A stretch of 64,000 nucleotides of DNA from Mobula hypostoma (lineage: Eukaryota): NCBI RefSeq assembly GCF_963921235.1, contig NC_086097.1:214522001-214586000 (forward strand). Direction: 5' to 3'. The notes beneath the pieces are model-generated. The model saw nothing but the letters and a program-made list of their open reading frames with translations, was not told the origin of the DNA and made no database searches. The position numbers were made by a program, and so were the translations under genes. Positions 38,368 to 51,132 of this stretch are shown here, one piece after another (positions within the stretch are counted from its first letter, which is position 1; every line of letters starts with the position of its first letter).

Positions 38368-38524
38368 TACCTCTTCCTTTGTAAACTGTATACAATCCAT
38401 GATCTCAGTGCTGAATTTCCTCAATTCTTTAGACTTTGTGTCTATCTCCTAAGGAAATACAGATGCAAAAAACCATTTAAGATCACTCCTAATTCTTTTG
38501 GTTTCATGCATAATGACCGCACTG

Positions 38525-39505
38525 ATCATCAATTTTGTCCATTGCTAACACTGGTGCACCTCAGGGATGTGTGCTTAGCCCACTGATCTCCTCTCTCTAT
38601 GCCCATGACTGTGTGGCTAGGCATAGCTCAAAAGCCACCTATACATTTGCTGATGATACAACCATTGTTAGTAGAATCTCAGATGGAGACGAGAGGTTGT
38701 ACAGGAGTGAGATATACCAACTAGTGGAGTGGTGCCGCAGCAACAACCTGGAACTCAACGTCAGTAAGATGGAAGAGCTGACTGTGGACTTCAGAAATGG
38801 TAAGATGAAGGAACACATACCAATCCTCATAAAGGGATCAGACGTGGAGAGAGTGAGCAGTTTCAAGTTCTTGGGTGTCAAGATCTCTGAGGACTTAACC
38901 TGGTCCCAACATGTCGATGCAGTTATAAAGAAGGCAAGACAGTGACTATACTTCATTCGGAGTTGGGATGTCAACAAACACACTCAAAAACTTCTATAGA
39001 TGTAATGTGGAGAACATTCTGACAGGCTGCATCACTGTCCGGTATGGAGGGGCTACTGCACAGGACTGAAAGAAGCTGCAGAGGTTGTAAATCTAGTCGG
39101 CTCCATCTTGGGTACCAGCCTACAAAGTACCCAGGACATCTTCAAGGAGCAGTGTCTCAGAAAGGCAGTGTCCATTATTAAGGACCTCCAGCACCCAGGG
39201 CATGCCCTTTTCTCACTGTTACCATCAGGCAGGAGGTACAGAAGCCTGAAGGCACACATTCAGTGATTCAGGAACAACTTCTTTCCCTCTACCATCCAAT
39301 TCCTAAATGGACATTGAACCTGTGAACATTACTTCACGTTTTTAATATATACTATTTCTGTTTTTGCACGATTTTTAATCTATTCAGTATACGTATATCA
39401 TTATTTATTTATTTATTTACTTATTCTTCTTCTGTATCGTATTGAACTGTGGTGCTAAGTTAACAAATTTCACGACACATGCCGCTGATAGTAAACCTGA
39501 TTCTG
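38525..39505 (+). mobile_element. Rex1/Babar RT 3' portion
   Basis: TGAPQGCVLSPL, FADDTTIV, WCRSNNLELNVSK, SFKFLGV; tail TAAACCTGATTCTG. Confidence 0.93.
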
Positions 39506-39659
39506 CTATCCTTTTGCTCTTAATACTGAATGCAGTATCTCTAGAAGTCATTTAGATTCTCCTTCTCAGGCATCTTATATGCTCCTTCCTGCCTATACTG
39601 AACTAAACTTGAACTAACGAAGGATGCTTGACAGATGTGGCCAGGCTTGAATATTGTCA

Positions 39660-41155
39660 CCTCTAATAAAGTTAAAGCAAGCAACATGGGTGACAACAGG
39701 GCTTCGCTTCCAGGTGAGCTCAATGTGTGCTTTGACTTCAGAACATGGAGGAGCCATCATGAGCTCCCACAGCCCCCCCCCCGATGATCTTGTGATCTCA
39801 GTTTCTGTGGCCGACGACGTGTGAACAGCCTTCTTTAGGGTGAATCAACAACAAGCATCTGGCCAGGCGGCATACCTGGCCAAATATTAAAAACTTGTGC
39901 TGATTAAAAGACTGAAGTGTTCACTGAGATCTTCAACCTCTCGTTTTGGAAGTCTGAGGTATCCACTTGCTTCAAGCAGGCTTCAATTATACTGGTGCTT
40001 AAGAAGAATGTGGTGACTTGTCTCTATGACTATCGTCCAGTAGGACTTACATCTACGGTTATGTAGTGTTTTGAGTGGTTGGTGATGAAACATATCAACT
40101 CCTGCTTGAGAAGTGACTTGGATCCACTCTAATTTGTGTACAGGAGCAGCAGATCCAGAGCAGATGCCATCTCATTTGCTCTTCACTCAACCCTAGAACA
40201 TCTGGACAGCAAAGGTGCATGCATCAGGATGCTTGTCATCGACTGCTCAGAATTCAATACTATCATCACTCAAAACTAATCATTAAGCTTCAAAACTTTG
40301 GCCTCAATACCTCCTTGTGCAATTGGATCCCCAATTTCCTCACTTGCAGACCGCAGTCAGTTTGGATTGGCACGATTGCCATTAGCACAGGTGCACCTCA
40401 AGGCTATGTGCATAGATCCCTGCTGTACTCGCTTTCTACTTATGACCATGAAGCTAAGCACAACTCCAATCCCGTATTCAAATTTGCTGATGACGCCACT
40501 GTTGTGAGCCAAATCAAGGTGGTGATGAATCAGCATATTGGAGGGAGAATGAAAATCTGGCTGAGTGGTGACATTACAACAACCTCTTTCTCAATGTCAG
40601 ACTTCAAGAGGAAGAAACCAGAGGTCCGTCGGAGGATCAGAAGTGGAGAGGGTCAGAAACTTTAAATTCCTCAGTGTTATTATTTCTGAGGACCCGTCCT
40701 GGGCCCAGCACAGAAATGCAGTTATGAAGAAAGCACAGTAGTACCTCAACAGAACTTCCTTCGGAGTTTGCGGATTTGACACGTCATCTAAATCCTCGAC
40801 AAATTTCTATCGATGCTTAGTGGACAGTATATTGACTGGCTTCATCACAGACTTAAATGGAAAACACTACAAAAAGTAATGGGTGCTGTCCAGTCCATCA
40901 CAGGTAAAGTCTTCCCCATCATTGAGCACATCTACACAAAATGCTGTTGAAGAAAGACAGCATCCATCATCAGGGCCCCCTCCACCCAGAACGTGCTCTC
41001 TTCTCACTGCTGCCATCAGAAAAACGTATAGGAGCCTCAGGGCTCACAACACAAGATCCAGGAAGAGTTACTACCCCTCAGCCATCAGGCTCTTGAACCA
41101 AAGTGGAAAACTCAACTTCACTTGCCCTATCATTGAATTGTTCCCACAACCAATG
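39660..41155 (+). mobile_element. Rex1/Babar RT, degenerate
   Basis: [58 protein letters not shown]. Confidence 0.9.
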
Positions 41156-41159
41156 GCTC

Positions 41160-41236
41160 CAAACGTCGCCTGTATATTCATTTCCAAAGATGCTGCCTGA
41201 CCTGCTGAGTTCCGCCAGCATTATCTGTGTGTTGCA
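41160..41236 (+). mobile_element. Penelope-like terminal fragment (a similar one at 41927-42003)
   Basis: AAACGTCG...GATGCTGCCTGACCTGCTGAGTTCCGCCAGC, same motif as the 38275-38328 arm. Confidence 0.75.
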
Positions 41237-42091
41237 CACAAAATCCAATGTCTCCAAGGGAACTGTGGCCCGTGGAATGTCGCGACTGCCCCTGCTCTCT
41301 TCTTTTGAAATGCACACCCCATTGTGCAAAATCCAATGTCTCCAAGGGAACTGTGGCTCACAGATTCATCCTTTAGCTGTGGGAGATTGAAAAAATTGTT
41401 GTTGATTCATTTGCAGTTTCTGTCCATATTTCAATTATGTCACGGAAGCAATGAGACACAAATATATCCAAAGAGAGGTAAAGGTTTATTTGTGAGAATG
41501 TTTCTATGTCCAATCTTTAAGACCTGTATGCCTATCAGACCGTTACATACTTCGATGTGCAGGCACACCACTTGACACTGCTGCTGATCACAGTATAAAC
41601 ACACACACACTCAGAGTTAATACTTCAGAGTGTCTTTGCCAATTACATATACATGCTGCAATGGATTTATGAAGCCAGGGTAGTGTGGTAGTGCGATACT
41701 AATTTCATATGTGGTTATGAGTAGCTGCAGCAATGTGTATGAGTAAAGCCAGGTTACAGAAGATATTTTGGGAAACATGCAGAAAAAAAATAAGAAGTGT
41801 AAAATACTGTATGAGCAATTAGAATGAAAAATAAAATGAAGGAAACAGCAAAAATGCAAAAAAAATTGAAATAAGTGGAAAAATGACGAAGACTGGAAGA
41901 CAAAGGCAGCACACACAAAAGGCAGTATCTGACTCGCTGAGTTCCCCCACCCCGCACTTCGTGTGTTGCTCTAGATTTCCAGCATCTGCAGAATCTCTTG
42001 AGTTCATGAAAAACAAACACTTCGCTTTATTTTATGCAATTGAACTGAAGAGTAAAATTAATTGTTAAGGTGATCAAAACTTCCCAGAGCA

Positions 42092-42215
42092 CATAGAACA
42101 TGGAAATCTATAGCACATTACAGGCCCTTCAGCCCACAATGTTGTGCCGACCACGTAACCTACTCTAGAGACTGCCTAGAATTTCGCTAAGCTCTCTATT
42201 TTTCTAAGCTCCATT
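42092..42215 (-). mobile_element. CR1 3' tail
   Basis: Matches 35555-35668 (CAGGCCCTTCAGCCCACAATG...TTTTCTAAGCTCCAT). Confidence 0.8.
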
Positions 42216-42687
42216 TATCATACCATATAACGGAAAGTTGAATCGCATGCTTTTGTGGTCATAACACGCATGTGCAAGGAGGCTTCAGGGCACATGACTA
42301 TAACGTCAATCATTGTGCCTGAGTTTGAAAATACCTATAATAATAAAACAGCTTGGGCTTCAACAGTGAATACATTGTTCTCATGCAAGGATGCTGCCGA
42401 CTTAGCAATCCTTAAGTGGACAGTCCGTAATTGAGACAGTGCTGTGAAATTTACTATGGAAGACAGGGATAGAATCTTCTTCCATGTACTGATAAATTCA
42501 AACTCCCAGAGTTCTCCTTCCTACTCTTTATGTGCAAATATTTAGACATTTTCATTACATTTAGATATTTAAAAATACATAAATTACTTTTAAAATCTGA
42601 AAAACGCACTAAAACACTTTCAATATATTCCCATCTTTTTCAGATTTCACTGTAGTAAATTCCATCTACAATATCTGCCTCTTTTAC

Positions 42688-42812
42688 CAGTCTGCAAATG
42701 GACTTGTGTACACATCTGTGCCCTGCAGTGCATTCCCCAGCTTACAATCTGAAAGTAATGCATGTGCTGTTATGGTCAGTGCGACTGCTCGCTGTCTAAC
42801 CAGCAGCGTGGT
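42688..42812 (-). CDS. Candidate internal exon of an unidentified gene (TTLLVRQRAVALTITAHALLSDCKLGNALQGTDVYTSPFAD)
   Basis: Long pyrimidine tract tttttttctctctttcctcaccaAG, donor CTG|GTAAAA, 125 nt, only phase 0 open, GC-richer than its flanks. Confidence 0.35.
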
Positions 42813-43311
42813 CTTGGTGAGGAAAGAGAGAAAAAAATATTGAAGGAAAATGTCAAGAAAGTATTGAGTGAATAGAAAGATCAAAAATAATTTTAATAAA
42901 GTAGAAGTATGTATGAAAAAGGAATTAGAACAATAATTGCCTAGTGAAAATAAGTTAGAGTAAATGGGATCTGAAGAAAAAGGCTTGGCAGCATTGTTTC
43001 AATGTGTTAACATTTTATTTCTTCCTCCTTGAGTTAGTATTGAACTATAGGTGATTAAATAACAATGTACTGCCTGAGATCATTGATAGCAGAGCAATGT
43101 TATTTATGACACAAGTTATGGGATCGGCTTTATCTCCACGTGTCCTCACTGCGGCTTGACACAGCAGCATATGGATCTTTATTCATTCATTTCTTAATAT
43201 AGCACAAAATATGAGGTCTCAATAGCATTGTGCTTACTGCATCAATACACACTGAATATTCCATATTTGCATCATAAACATAATACAATTTATGGTTAAT
43301 AGTGGTCAGTC

Positions 43312-44100
43312 TAAAGCTCAAAGTATATTTATTATCAAAGTATGTGTAATATAAACAAGGTTGTGATTCATCTTCTTGCAGGCAACCATAATACAAAAAA
43401 AAACACAACAGAATTCACAAAATATCCCACACCACAAAGACAGACACACATATATCCAATGTGTGAAAAAGAAAGAACAAATCGTGCGAAGAAACAATCC
43501 ACAGAAAATGAACGGCAAAGTCCCTGAAAGTAAGTCCTCAGCCACGTAGCCAGTTCAGTGCCGCAGCCTGTCCAGGAGCTCGACAGCTGCTGGCCACGGC
43601 CCTGGAGCCAGGCTCAGCGCTGAGGTGTGTGTCTGTGGCTGCAGGCCACAGCTGCAGACTCAGTTCAGAGCTGGGGCAAGTAAAGCCTTCTAGAGTAATG
43701 AGCTGAAGCCCGGTTCGTCCTCCACCCTTGGCCTTGGTGCTTTACTCTTCTTAATCTGGCTTGGTGCTTAAATTGGCCAAACATCAGGTTGTTATCCAGT
43801 CTCGGGCCCAGGCCCGGGCCCCACCATTTCAATCCAGTCCAGCGTTTCAGTTCGGATCCAAGTCCACTCCAGCAATAACCGCTGCGGATGCACCTGCATT
43901 CTTGAGAGTCCAGTTGGACAAACATTTTGGAACACCACAGAAACACCAGGTCATAGACTGTTCAAAAACATCTCCCAGTGGGAAATTACAGGCTGTGGAT
44001 TGCATTGATTGTTGGCCTGAAAAAGTATACTTCACAGAATTGTTAGTGTTTTTGTTGGCTGCTTTCAAAGTGTTGCCATGTCTCCCCAGCGCTATCTTCT
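43312..44100 (-). mobile_element. Non-autonomous retroelement related to family B
   Basis: Head AGAAGATAGCGCTGGGGAGACATGGC, tail CATACTTTGATAATAAATATACTTTGAG; shared blocks with 17400-18262. Confidence 0.7.
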
Positions 44101-44249
44101 ATTTACTTCATGGATTTACTTTTATCATTCTTCAGTTGACAGCTGACTCAGCTCCCTCTGCAGTAGATGTATGCCACATTCCCGTTCACACATCAGTTAC
44201 TCTACAATATTGACAGCTCTCTCACAGTACATACTGTGAGAACTATGCA

Positions 44250-44710
44250 GAATGTGGAAGGCTTAGATGAGAAGTGCAAAAGAAAATTGGCAGGACAAAG
44301 AAGGAAAATGAGAACATATTAGCGACTAACACAAAAAAAAGGAAACTTGAAGAATTTCTATAGACTTGTAAATGTTGAACGGTTAGTTAAAGGAGAAGAG
44401 AGGACAATAAGAAACCAAGCAGAGACAGGACGAAAGATAATGCTGAGACACTACATGTGCTTGCATTTGTCTTTACTTGGGAAGAAGATACTACCAAAGT
44501 CATAACAAATAAGGGGGTGTATAAGATGTGTTCTAGGTTGCTGATGGAAATGAGGGTGAAAATTGTACTGGCCATGATGTTTCAGTTATCCTCAGATAAA
44601 AGCAGGCCTGAAGAATTGTGGAAATTGCTGCTTTGTTCAAAAAAAGGGAATGAGGATAAGTCTAGGAACTACAGCTCAGTCTGCTGTGGAAATGTTTATT
44701 AACAATAATC
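44250..44710 (+). mobile_element. Very old CR1 fragment
   Basis: LAFVFTWEED, KKGNEDKSRNYSSV-like decayed motifs. Confidence 0.55.
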
Positions 44711-45130
44711 CAATTTATAACTTGCAGTTCCACACTTTGACACTTTGAACTAAAATTAGATATATAAGTCCAGTGCATTCAGAATAAACATTTTTGATCT
44801 TCAGACACTGTAGTGATCAAGAAAATGAATAACAAAAGTAAAATTCAATGGAGAGCACAGCGTAAGAATCAGTGGTTGTTGGGCAAGTCAAAGGTCAACT
44901 TGGTGTTGAGCACATTTGTTTAAAATAAAGCAATATCAATTATTTATGAACACAAGAAGGTAAAGGGCTAGTAGAAACATGCAACGTAGTCAACAGCAAA
45001 GCAGTTACAAGGAAATCTTTAAGCCATGTAGAAAAAAAACCTACTTTGAAGATTAAATAGATTTCTGAAAAAACAATTTATATGGATGTATGATGAGAGG
45101 AATAAGGGGTAACAGATGTATGGAATGAAT

Positions 45131-46278
45131 GGGAGGTTAGTTGGGAAAATTCAGTCGCTAGGTATACATGGAGAGGTGGTAAATTGGATTAGACATTGGC
45201 TCAATGGAAGAAGCCAAAGAGTGGTAGTAGAGAATTTCTTCTCTGAGTGGAGGCCTGTGACTAGTGGTGTGCCACAGGGATCAGTGCTGGGTCCATTGTT
45301 ATTTGTCATCTATATCAATGATCTGGATGACAATGTGGTAAATTGGATCAGCAAATTTGCTGATGATACAAAGATTGGAGGTGTAGTAGACAGTGAGGAA
45401 GGTTTTCAGAGCCTGCAGAGGGACTTGGACCAGCTGGAAAAATGGGCTGAAAAATGGCAGATGGAGTTTAATACAGGCAAGTGTGAGGTATTGCATGTTG
45501 GAAGGACAAACCAAGGTAGAACATACAGGATTAATGGTAAGGCACTGAGGAGTGCAGTAGAACAGAGGGATCTGGGAATACAGATACAAAATTCCCTAAA
45601 AGTGGCGTCACAGGTAAATAGGGTCGTAAAGAGAGCTTTTGGTACATTGGCCTTTATTAATCAAAGTATTGAGTATGAGAGCTGGAATGTTATGATGAGG
45701 TTGTATAAGGCATTGGTGAGGCCGAGTCTGGAGTATTGTGTTCAGTTTTGGTCACCAAATTACAGGAAGGATATAAATAAGGTTGAAAGAGTGCAGAGAA
45801 GGTTTACAAGGATGTTGCCGGGACTTGAGAAATTCAGTTACAGAGAAAGGTTGAATAGGTTAGGACTTTATTCCCTGGAGCGTAGAAGAATGAGGGGAGA
45901 TTTGATAGAGGTATATAAAATTATGATGGGTATAGATAGAGTGAATGCAAGCAGGCTTTTTCCACTGAGGCAAGGGGGAAAAAAAAACAGAGGACATGGG
46001 TTAAGGGTGAGGGGGGAAAAGTTTAAAGGGAACATGGGGGGGGGGCTTCTTCACACAGTGAGTGTGGGAGTATGGAATGAGCTGCCAGACAAGGTGGTAA
46101 ATGCGGGTTCTTTTTTAACATTTAAGAATAAATTGGACAGATACATGGATTGGAGGTGTATGGAGGGATATGGTCCGTGTGCAGGTCAGTGGGACTAGGC
46201 AGAAAATGGTTCGGCACAGCCAAGAAGGGCCAAAAGGCCTGTTTCTGTGCTGTAGTTTCTATGGTTCTATGGTTCTAT
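45131..46278 (+). mobile_element. CR1 LINE, young, 5'-truncated, with uninterrupted ORF2 C-terminal frame (45116-46198)
   Basis: 360-aa ORF with [37 protein letters not shown]; (TTCTATGG)n tail. Confidence 0.96.
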
Positions 46279-46449
46279 GATGCAAAGCATTTGACAGATT
46301 GCAAAGTCTTGTTCGTATGACTCATGTGGCTGGCTCAGATAAGGTTGTGACCAACAGTTAGCAATATGACCCCCACCTCATCTCTACACCCAGCATTTAG
46401 GTGCTAACAGACTCTACAGTGGTAGGCCATTTGAAGTAAAAGCACCAAC

Positions 46450-48275
46450 GTAGAGGAGTAGATGTAGTGTATATGGATTTCAGCAAGGCATTTGATAAGG
46501 TACCCCATGCAAAGCTTATTGAGAAAGTAAGGAGGCATGGGATCCAAGGGGACATTGCTTTGTGGATCCAGAATTGGCTTTCCCACAGAAGGCAAAGAGT
46601 GGTTCTAGATGGGTCACGTTCTGATGGAGGTCAGTGACCAGTGGCGTGCCTCAGGGATCTGTTCTGGGACCCCTTCTCTTCATGATCTTTATAAATGACC
46701 TGGATGAGGAAGTGGAGGGATGGGTTAGTAAATTTGCTGATGACGCAAAGGTTTGGCGTGTTGTGGACAGTGTGGAGGGCTGTCAGAGGTTACAGCCGGA
46801 CATTGATAAGATGCATAACTGGGCTGAGAGGTGGTAGATGGAGTTCAACCCAGATAAGTGTGAGGTGGTTCATTTTGGTACGCCAAATATGACGGCAGAA
46901 TATAGTATTAATGGTAAGACTCTTGGCAGTGTGGAGGATCAGAGGGATCTTGGGGTCCGAATCCATAGGAGACTCAAAGCTGCTGTGCAGGTGGACTCTG
47001 TGATTAAGAAGGCATGCAGTGCATTGGCCTTCATCAACCGTGGGATTGAGTTCAAGAGCCAAGAGGTAATGTTACAACTGTAAAGGACCCTGGTCAGACC
47101 CCACTTGGAGTACTGTGCTCAGTTCTGGTCACGTCACTACAAGAAGGATGTGGAAAATATAGAAAGGGTGCAGAGGAGATTTACAAGGATGTTGTCTGGA
47201 TTCGGGAGCATGCTTTACGAAAATAGGTTGAGTGAACTTGGCCTTTTCTCCTTGGAGCACCAGAGGATGAGAGGTGACCTGATAGAGGTGTATAAGATGA
47301 CAAGAGGTATTGATCGTGTGGCTAGTCAGAGGTTTTTTCGCAGGCTGAAATGGCTAACACGAGAGGACACAGTTTTAAGGTGTTTGGAAGTAGGTACAGA
47401 GGGGATGTCAGGGGTAAGTTTTTTACGCAGAGGAGTGGTGAGTGCGTATTGACTGTGGTGGAGACAGATATGATAGGGTCTTTTAAGAGACTCCTGGATA
47501 GATTAGATTAGGTTATGAGGACACACAGTCCTCTTTTATTGTCATTTAGTAATGCATGCATTAAGAAATGATACAATATTCCTCCGGTGTGATATCACAG
47601 AAACACAGAACAGACCAAGACTGAAAAACTAACAAAACCACATAATTATAACATATAGTTACAACAGTGCAACAATACCATAACTTGATGAAGAACAGTC
47701 CATGGCACAGTAAAAAAGTTCAAAGTCTCTCGAAAGTCCCACATCTCACGCAGACGGGAGAAGGAAGAAAACTCTCCCTGCCACGCCCGACCACAGTCTG
47801 ACTCTGAGTCGTCCGAAAACTTCAAGCTCTGATCAGCTCTCCGACACCGAGTACCAAGCACCATCTCTATCCGAACGCTTCGACCTCAGCCTCGGTCGCC
47901 AGCAGCAGGCAAAGCCAGGGATTTTGGGGCCTCCCCTCCGGAGTTTCTCGATCGCAATGAGAAGCAATGGCAGCGAACTAGGCATTTCAGAAATTTCTCC
48001 AGATGTTCCTCTGCTTCTCACGTCTGTCTTCATCAAATCAGAATTGTCCACGGCCCCTATTTAACAGATACGATATCATTTCACCGGAGAGCTGCGCACG
48101 CTGTGTCGCGCCGCCAACTTCTCCTCCCGCCTCCAGGAGTGATACATGGAGCTTAGAAAAATAGAGGGCTATGGGTAACCCTAGGTAATTTCTAAGGTAA
48201 GGACATTTTCAGCACAGTGTTGTGGGCCGAAGGACCTGTATTGTGCTGTAGGTTTCTACGCTTCCATGTTTCTAC
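46450..48275 (+). mobile_element. CR1 LINE RT and 3' end, interrupted by family A copy 3
   Basis: [43 protein letters not shown]; resumes GATACATGGAGCTTAG at 48141. Confidence 0.94.
47499..48131 (-). mobile_element. Non-autonomous AAGATGGC-headed retroelement, family A copy 3
   Basis: Full-length homologue of 32428-33055; head GGCGGGAGGAGAAGTTGGCGGCG (one substitution in the motif); cleanly splits a CR1 3' end. Confidence 0.88.
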
Positions 48276-49579
48276 GTCTCAAGTTCAAAATTGCCTAACA
48301 TTTAAGTGTCATCAACAATTATCACCCTAAATTCATATGCTTTTTGGGTCAAGGGGTGGGCTGCTTGATTATCACAGGAGCTGTGTATAAAAATAAATTG
48401 TAGAAGCATAACTATACATTCCTTTTTTTGCTCTTGTGATGAAGGGATGCTCTTTGGTTAAGTACCTAATGATCACTTATCCAGTGGTATTTCACTGACA
48501 TGTTCCTTTGATGTCTTGGCATTGTGAGAAGGATCACCAGCAACCAGTGTGTCTTGATGAGATTCTCGTATTTGTAGATTCACCTTCTTGTTCTCAAGTA
48601 ACTGTGTCTGTTTTGATTATTTTCTGGCGCTATGCTCATAAGAATGCGATTTGATGCTGGGAGCTTTAAGTACTTTATATATGTAAGACAATATCCCTTG
48701 GAAGATCAAAAAATAAGCTTCAGGTGCTGAATATCCAAATAAATGGTGGAATGTTGGACACTGAATTAACTGTTGGACACCTAAAATGCTGCCTGATCTG
48801 TGTTTACTTTCCATTCAATTCATTATTGTATTTAAAAAAAAATGGCTGAGGCTGGATTCCCAAAGTTGAGCTTGGAAGGTCTTCACCCATCCCATAATAC
48901 CACCATCTTTGCCAAGCGATGAACGAGTTTGTGGATTATGAATCTCAAATTCTGAAAGATTGTCAGCTAACTTTGGAAGTAATTTCTCATTGATGCATTT
49001 AACTTAGCAAAAGAAGGTACTCAAAATTAGCTGAATACATTGCATTCCTGGCTTGATCTATATTCTTGTTATCTTGATAGCAGAAAGAATGATCATTTTT
49101 GTAGTTATTCTATGCAACAACTCCTGTCAATTACTTCTGTAATTAAGAAGGAGGTAACTTCTCACCTATTTCAAAGTGTTCCAGTGATGAAAAGTTCTTT
49201 GTGATTCTGAGCACATTCTGTCTTCTTGGAAGTGAACAAAAGCCATTGGGGAAAGAAGCATTAATTAAAATTTAACAGCAACTAAAATTAGTGATGTGTA
49301 CAATTAAGATAAGATTATCTTAATTGAGTGTTAACCATGCACTAACCGAATGCCTTTTCCTGAGGAAAATTCCTTTGCAATTCATGCTGGTCACTGCAGA
49401 ACCAAAGTATCACAGACATTATTGACAGCGTGCTATTGGAATTAACTGTAATGAACCATCATTTTAATATTCCTTTTCTTTGGTTAGGTGATAGTATTCA
49501 AAATTCTATTGCAATTTAGAATGAAAACGGTTCTAGTCCATTCATATGCAGCCGGTTTTGTGATGTCGAGCATCGCACA

Positions 49580-50865
49580 GGTTATGAGGTCATACAACAT
49601 GGAAACAAGCCTTGTGGCACCGTGGGTCCTTGCCAACCATCAAACATCCACTTACACTAATCCTATATTACCATTTTTATTCCACCCACATACTCGTCGA
49701 CTCCCCCCAGGTTCTAACACTTCAGCCTAGAAAATTGTTGAGACAGGAACAGGTCCTTCGGTCCACAATGTATACACCAAACGTGATGCTGAATTCTCTT
49801 CTGCGTGTAAACAATCCATATCCCTCCATTCTATGCATATTTATGTGTCCACCCAATTGCCTTTTAAACTCCATTGTATCTGCTTCTACCACTACCCATG
49901 GGCCTTCAGCCCATGATTGAATGGCAGAGCAGACTTGATGGGCTGAATGGCCTACTTCTGCTCCTATATCTTATGTTTTTATGGTCTGCCCACAACAACC
50001 ATTCCAGGTGCATACCAGTCTCATTGTAAAAAAAACACTTGCTCTAGGTATCTTTAAAATTTCCTCCTCTCAACTGGGAAAGAGATTCATAATCTAATAA
50101 CTGTGATGTGGTTTCCCCCAGCCTCTGATGCTGCAGAGAAAACAAGCCAAGTTTGTCCATTTTCTCCTTACAGCTCATACTCTCTAAAACAGGCAGCATC
50201 TTGGTAAACCTCTTCCGTACCCTTTCCAAAGACTCTACATCCAATAATGCTACAACCAGAATTGTGCATAGTACTCCAAAAGCAGCCTAACCATAGTGTT
50301 ATATAACTGTTACATGACTTCCCGGCTCCTATATTTAAAGCCCTGATCAAAGAAGGCAAGTATGCCATATGCCTTATTTACCCATCCTTGTGTGGTCACT
50401 TTCATTGAGCTATGGAATTAAACCTCAAGACCATTCTGTACATCAGTACTGTTAATGGTGCTGCTGTTAACTGTGTGCTTTGCTCTTATGTTAGACCTCC
50501 CAAAGTGTAACACCTCACACTCGCTAAGTTTAAACTCCACCTGTATTTCTCTGCCTATAAATGTAACTGATTACTACTCCTTTGACAGTCCCCTAAACTG
50601 TCTAAAATTCCACCAATCTTTATGTCATTTGCAAATGTAGCCAACCATCAACATTTGCATTCAAGTAATATATATACTTCATAAATAACAGAAGTCCCAG
50701 CACCAACACCTGCAGAACACCAATGGCCATTGGCCTCCAGTCAGCATAACAAATTGAAACACATCACTACCCTAACACCCACCTGGTGTCTCTTATAGGC
50801 AAGCCAATTCTGAACCTAAACTACCAAGTCACCTTTGAACTCAGGCATTTTGACCTTCTGGATCC
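49580..50865. mobile_element. Old CR1 fragments, mainly minus strand, with a short + tail at ~49905-49985
   Basis: DVESLERVRKRFTKMLP..LGLFSL; GGCAGAGCAGACTTGATGGGCTGAATGGCCTACT. Confidence 0.75.
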
Positions 50866-50874
50866 AAGGGGGCA

Positions 50875-51132
50875 TATCAGGGGCATTTAATCTACTAACT
50901 ACTAATCTACTAATTTTTGGATGTGGGAATTAAAAAGAGAATCCGGAAGAAACCCACTGGGTCACAGAGGATCCAGAAGAAACCCACTGGGTCACAGAGG
51001 ATCCAGAAGAAACCCACTAGCACACAGGGAGAATGTGTAAAGTCCATTGAGACTGCACCCAAAGTCAGGATTGCACCTGAATGTTCTGTACTGTGAGACA
51101 GCAGCTCTACTAGGAGTACCATTGTGTTGTCC
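50875..51132 (-). mobile_element. tRNA-derived V-SINE-like element, old, with internal 30-bp tandem triplication (50941-51018)
   Basis: Minus strand decayed A/B boxes followed by CATTCTCCCTGTGTG..GTGGGTTTCTTC..CCCACATCCAAAAA, typical of the V-SINE central domain. Confidence 0.7.

Noticed and set aside
42215..42370. Possible solo LTR (CpG-containing, AATAAA)
   Set aside because: No TG...CA ends with TSD could be defined and no second copy in the window.
49488..49580. Plus-strand 93-nt open exon-like segment
   Set aside because: Weak donor overlapping a CR1 tail; peptide unrecognised.
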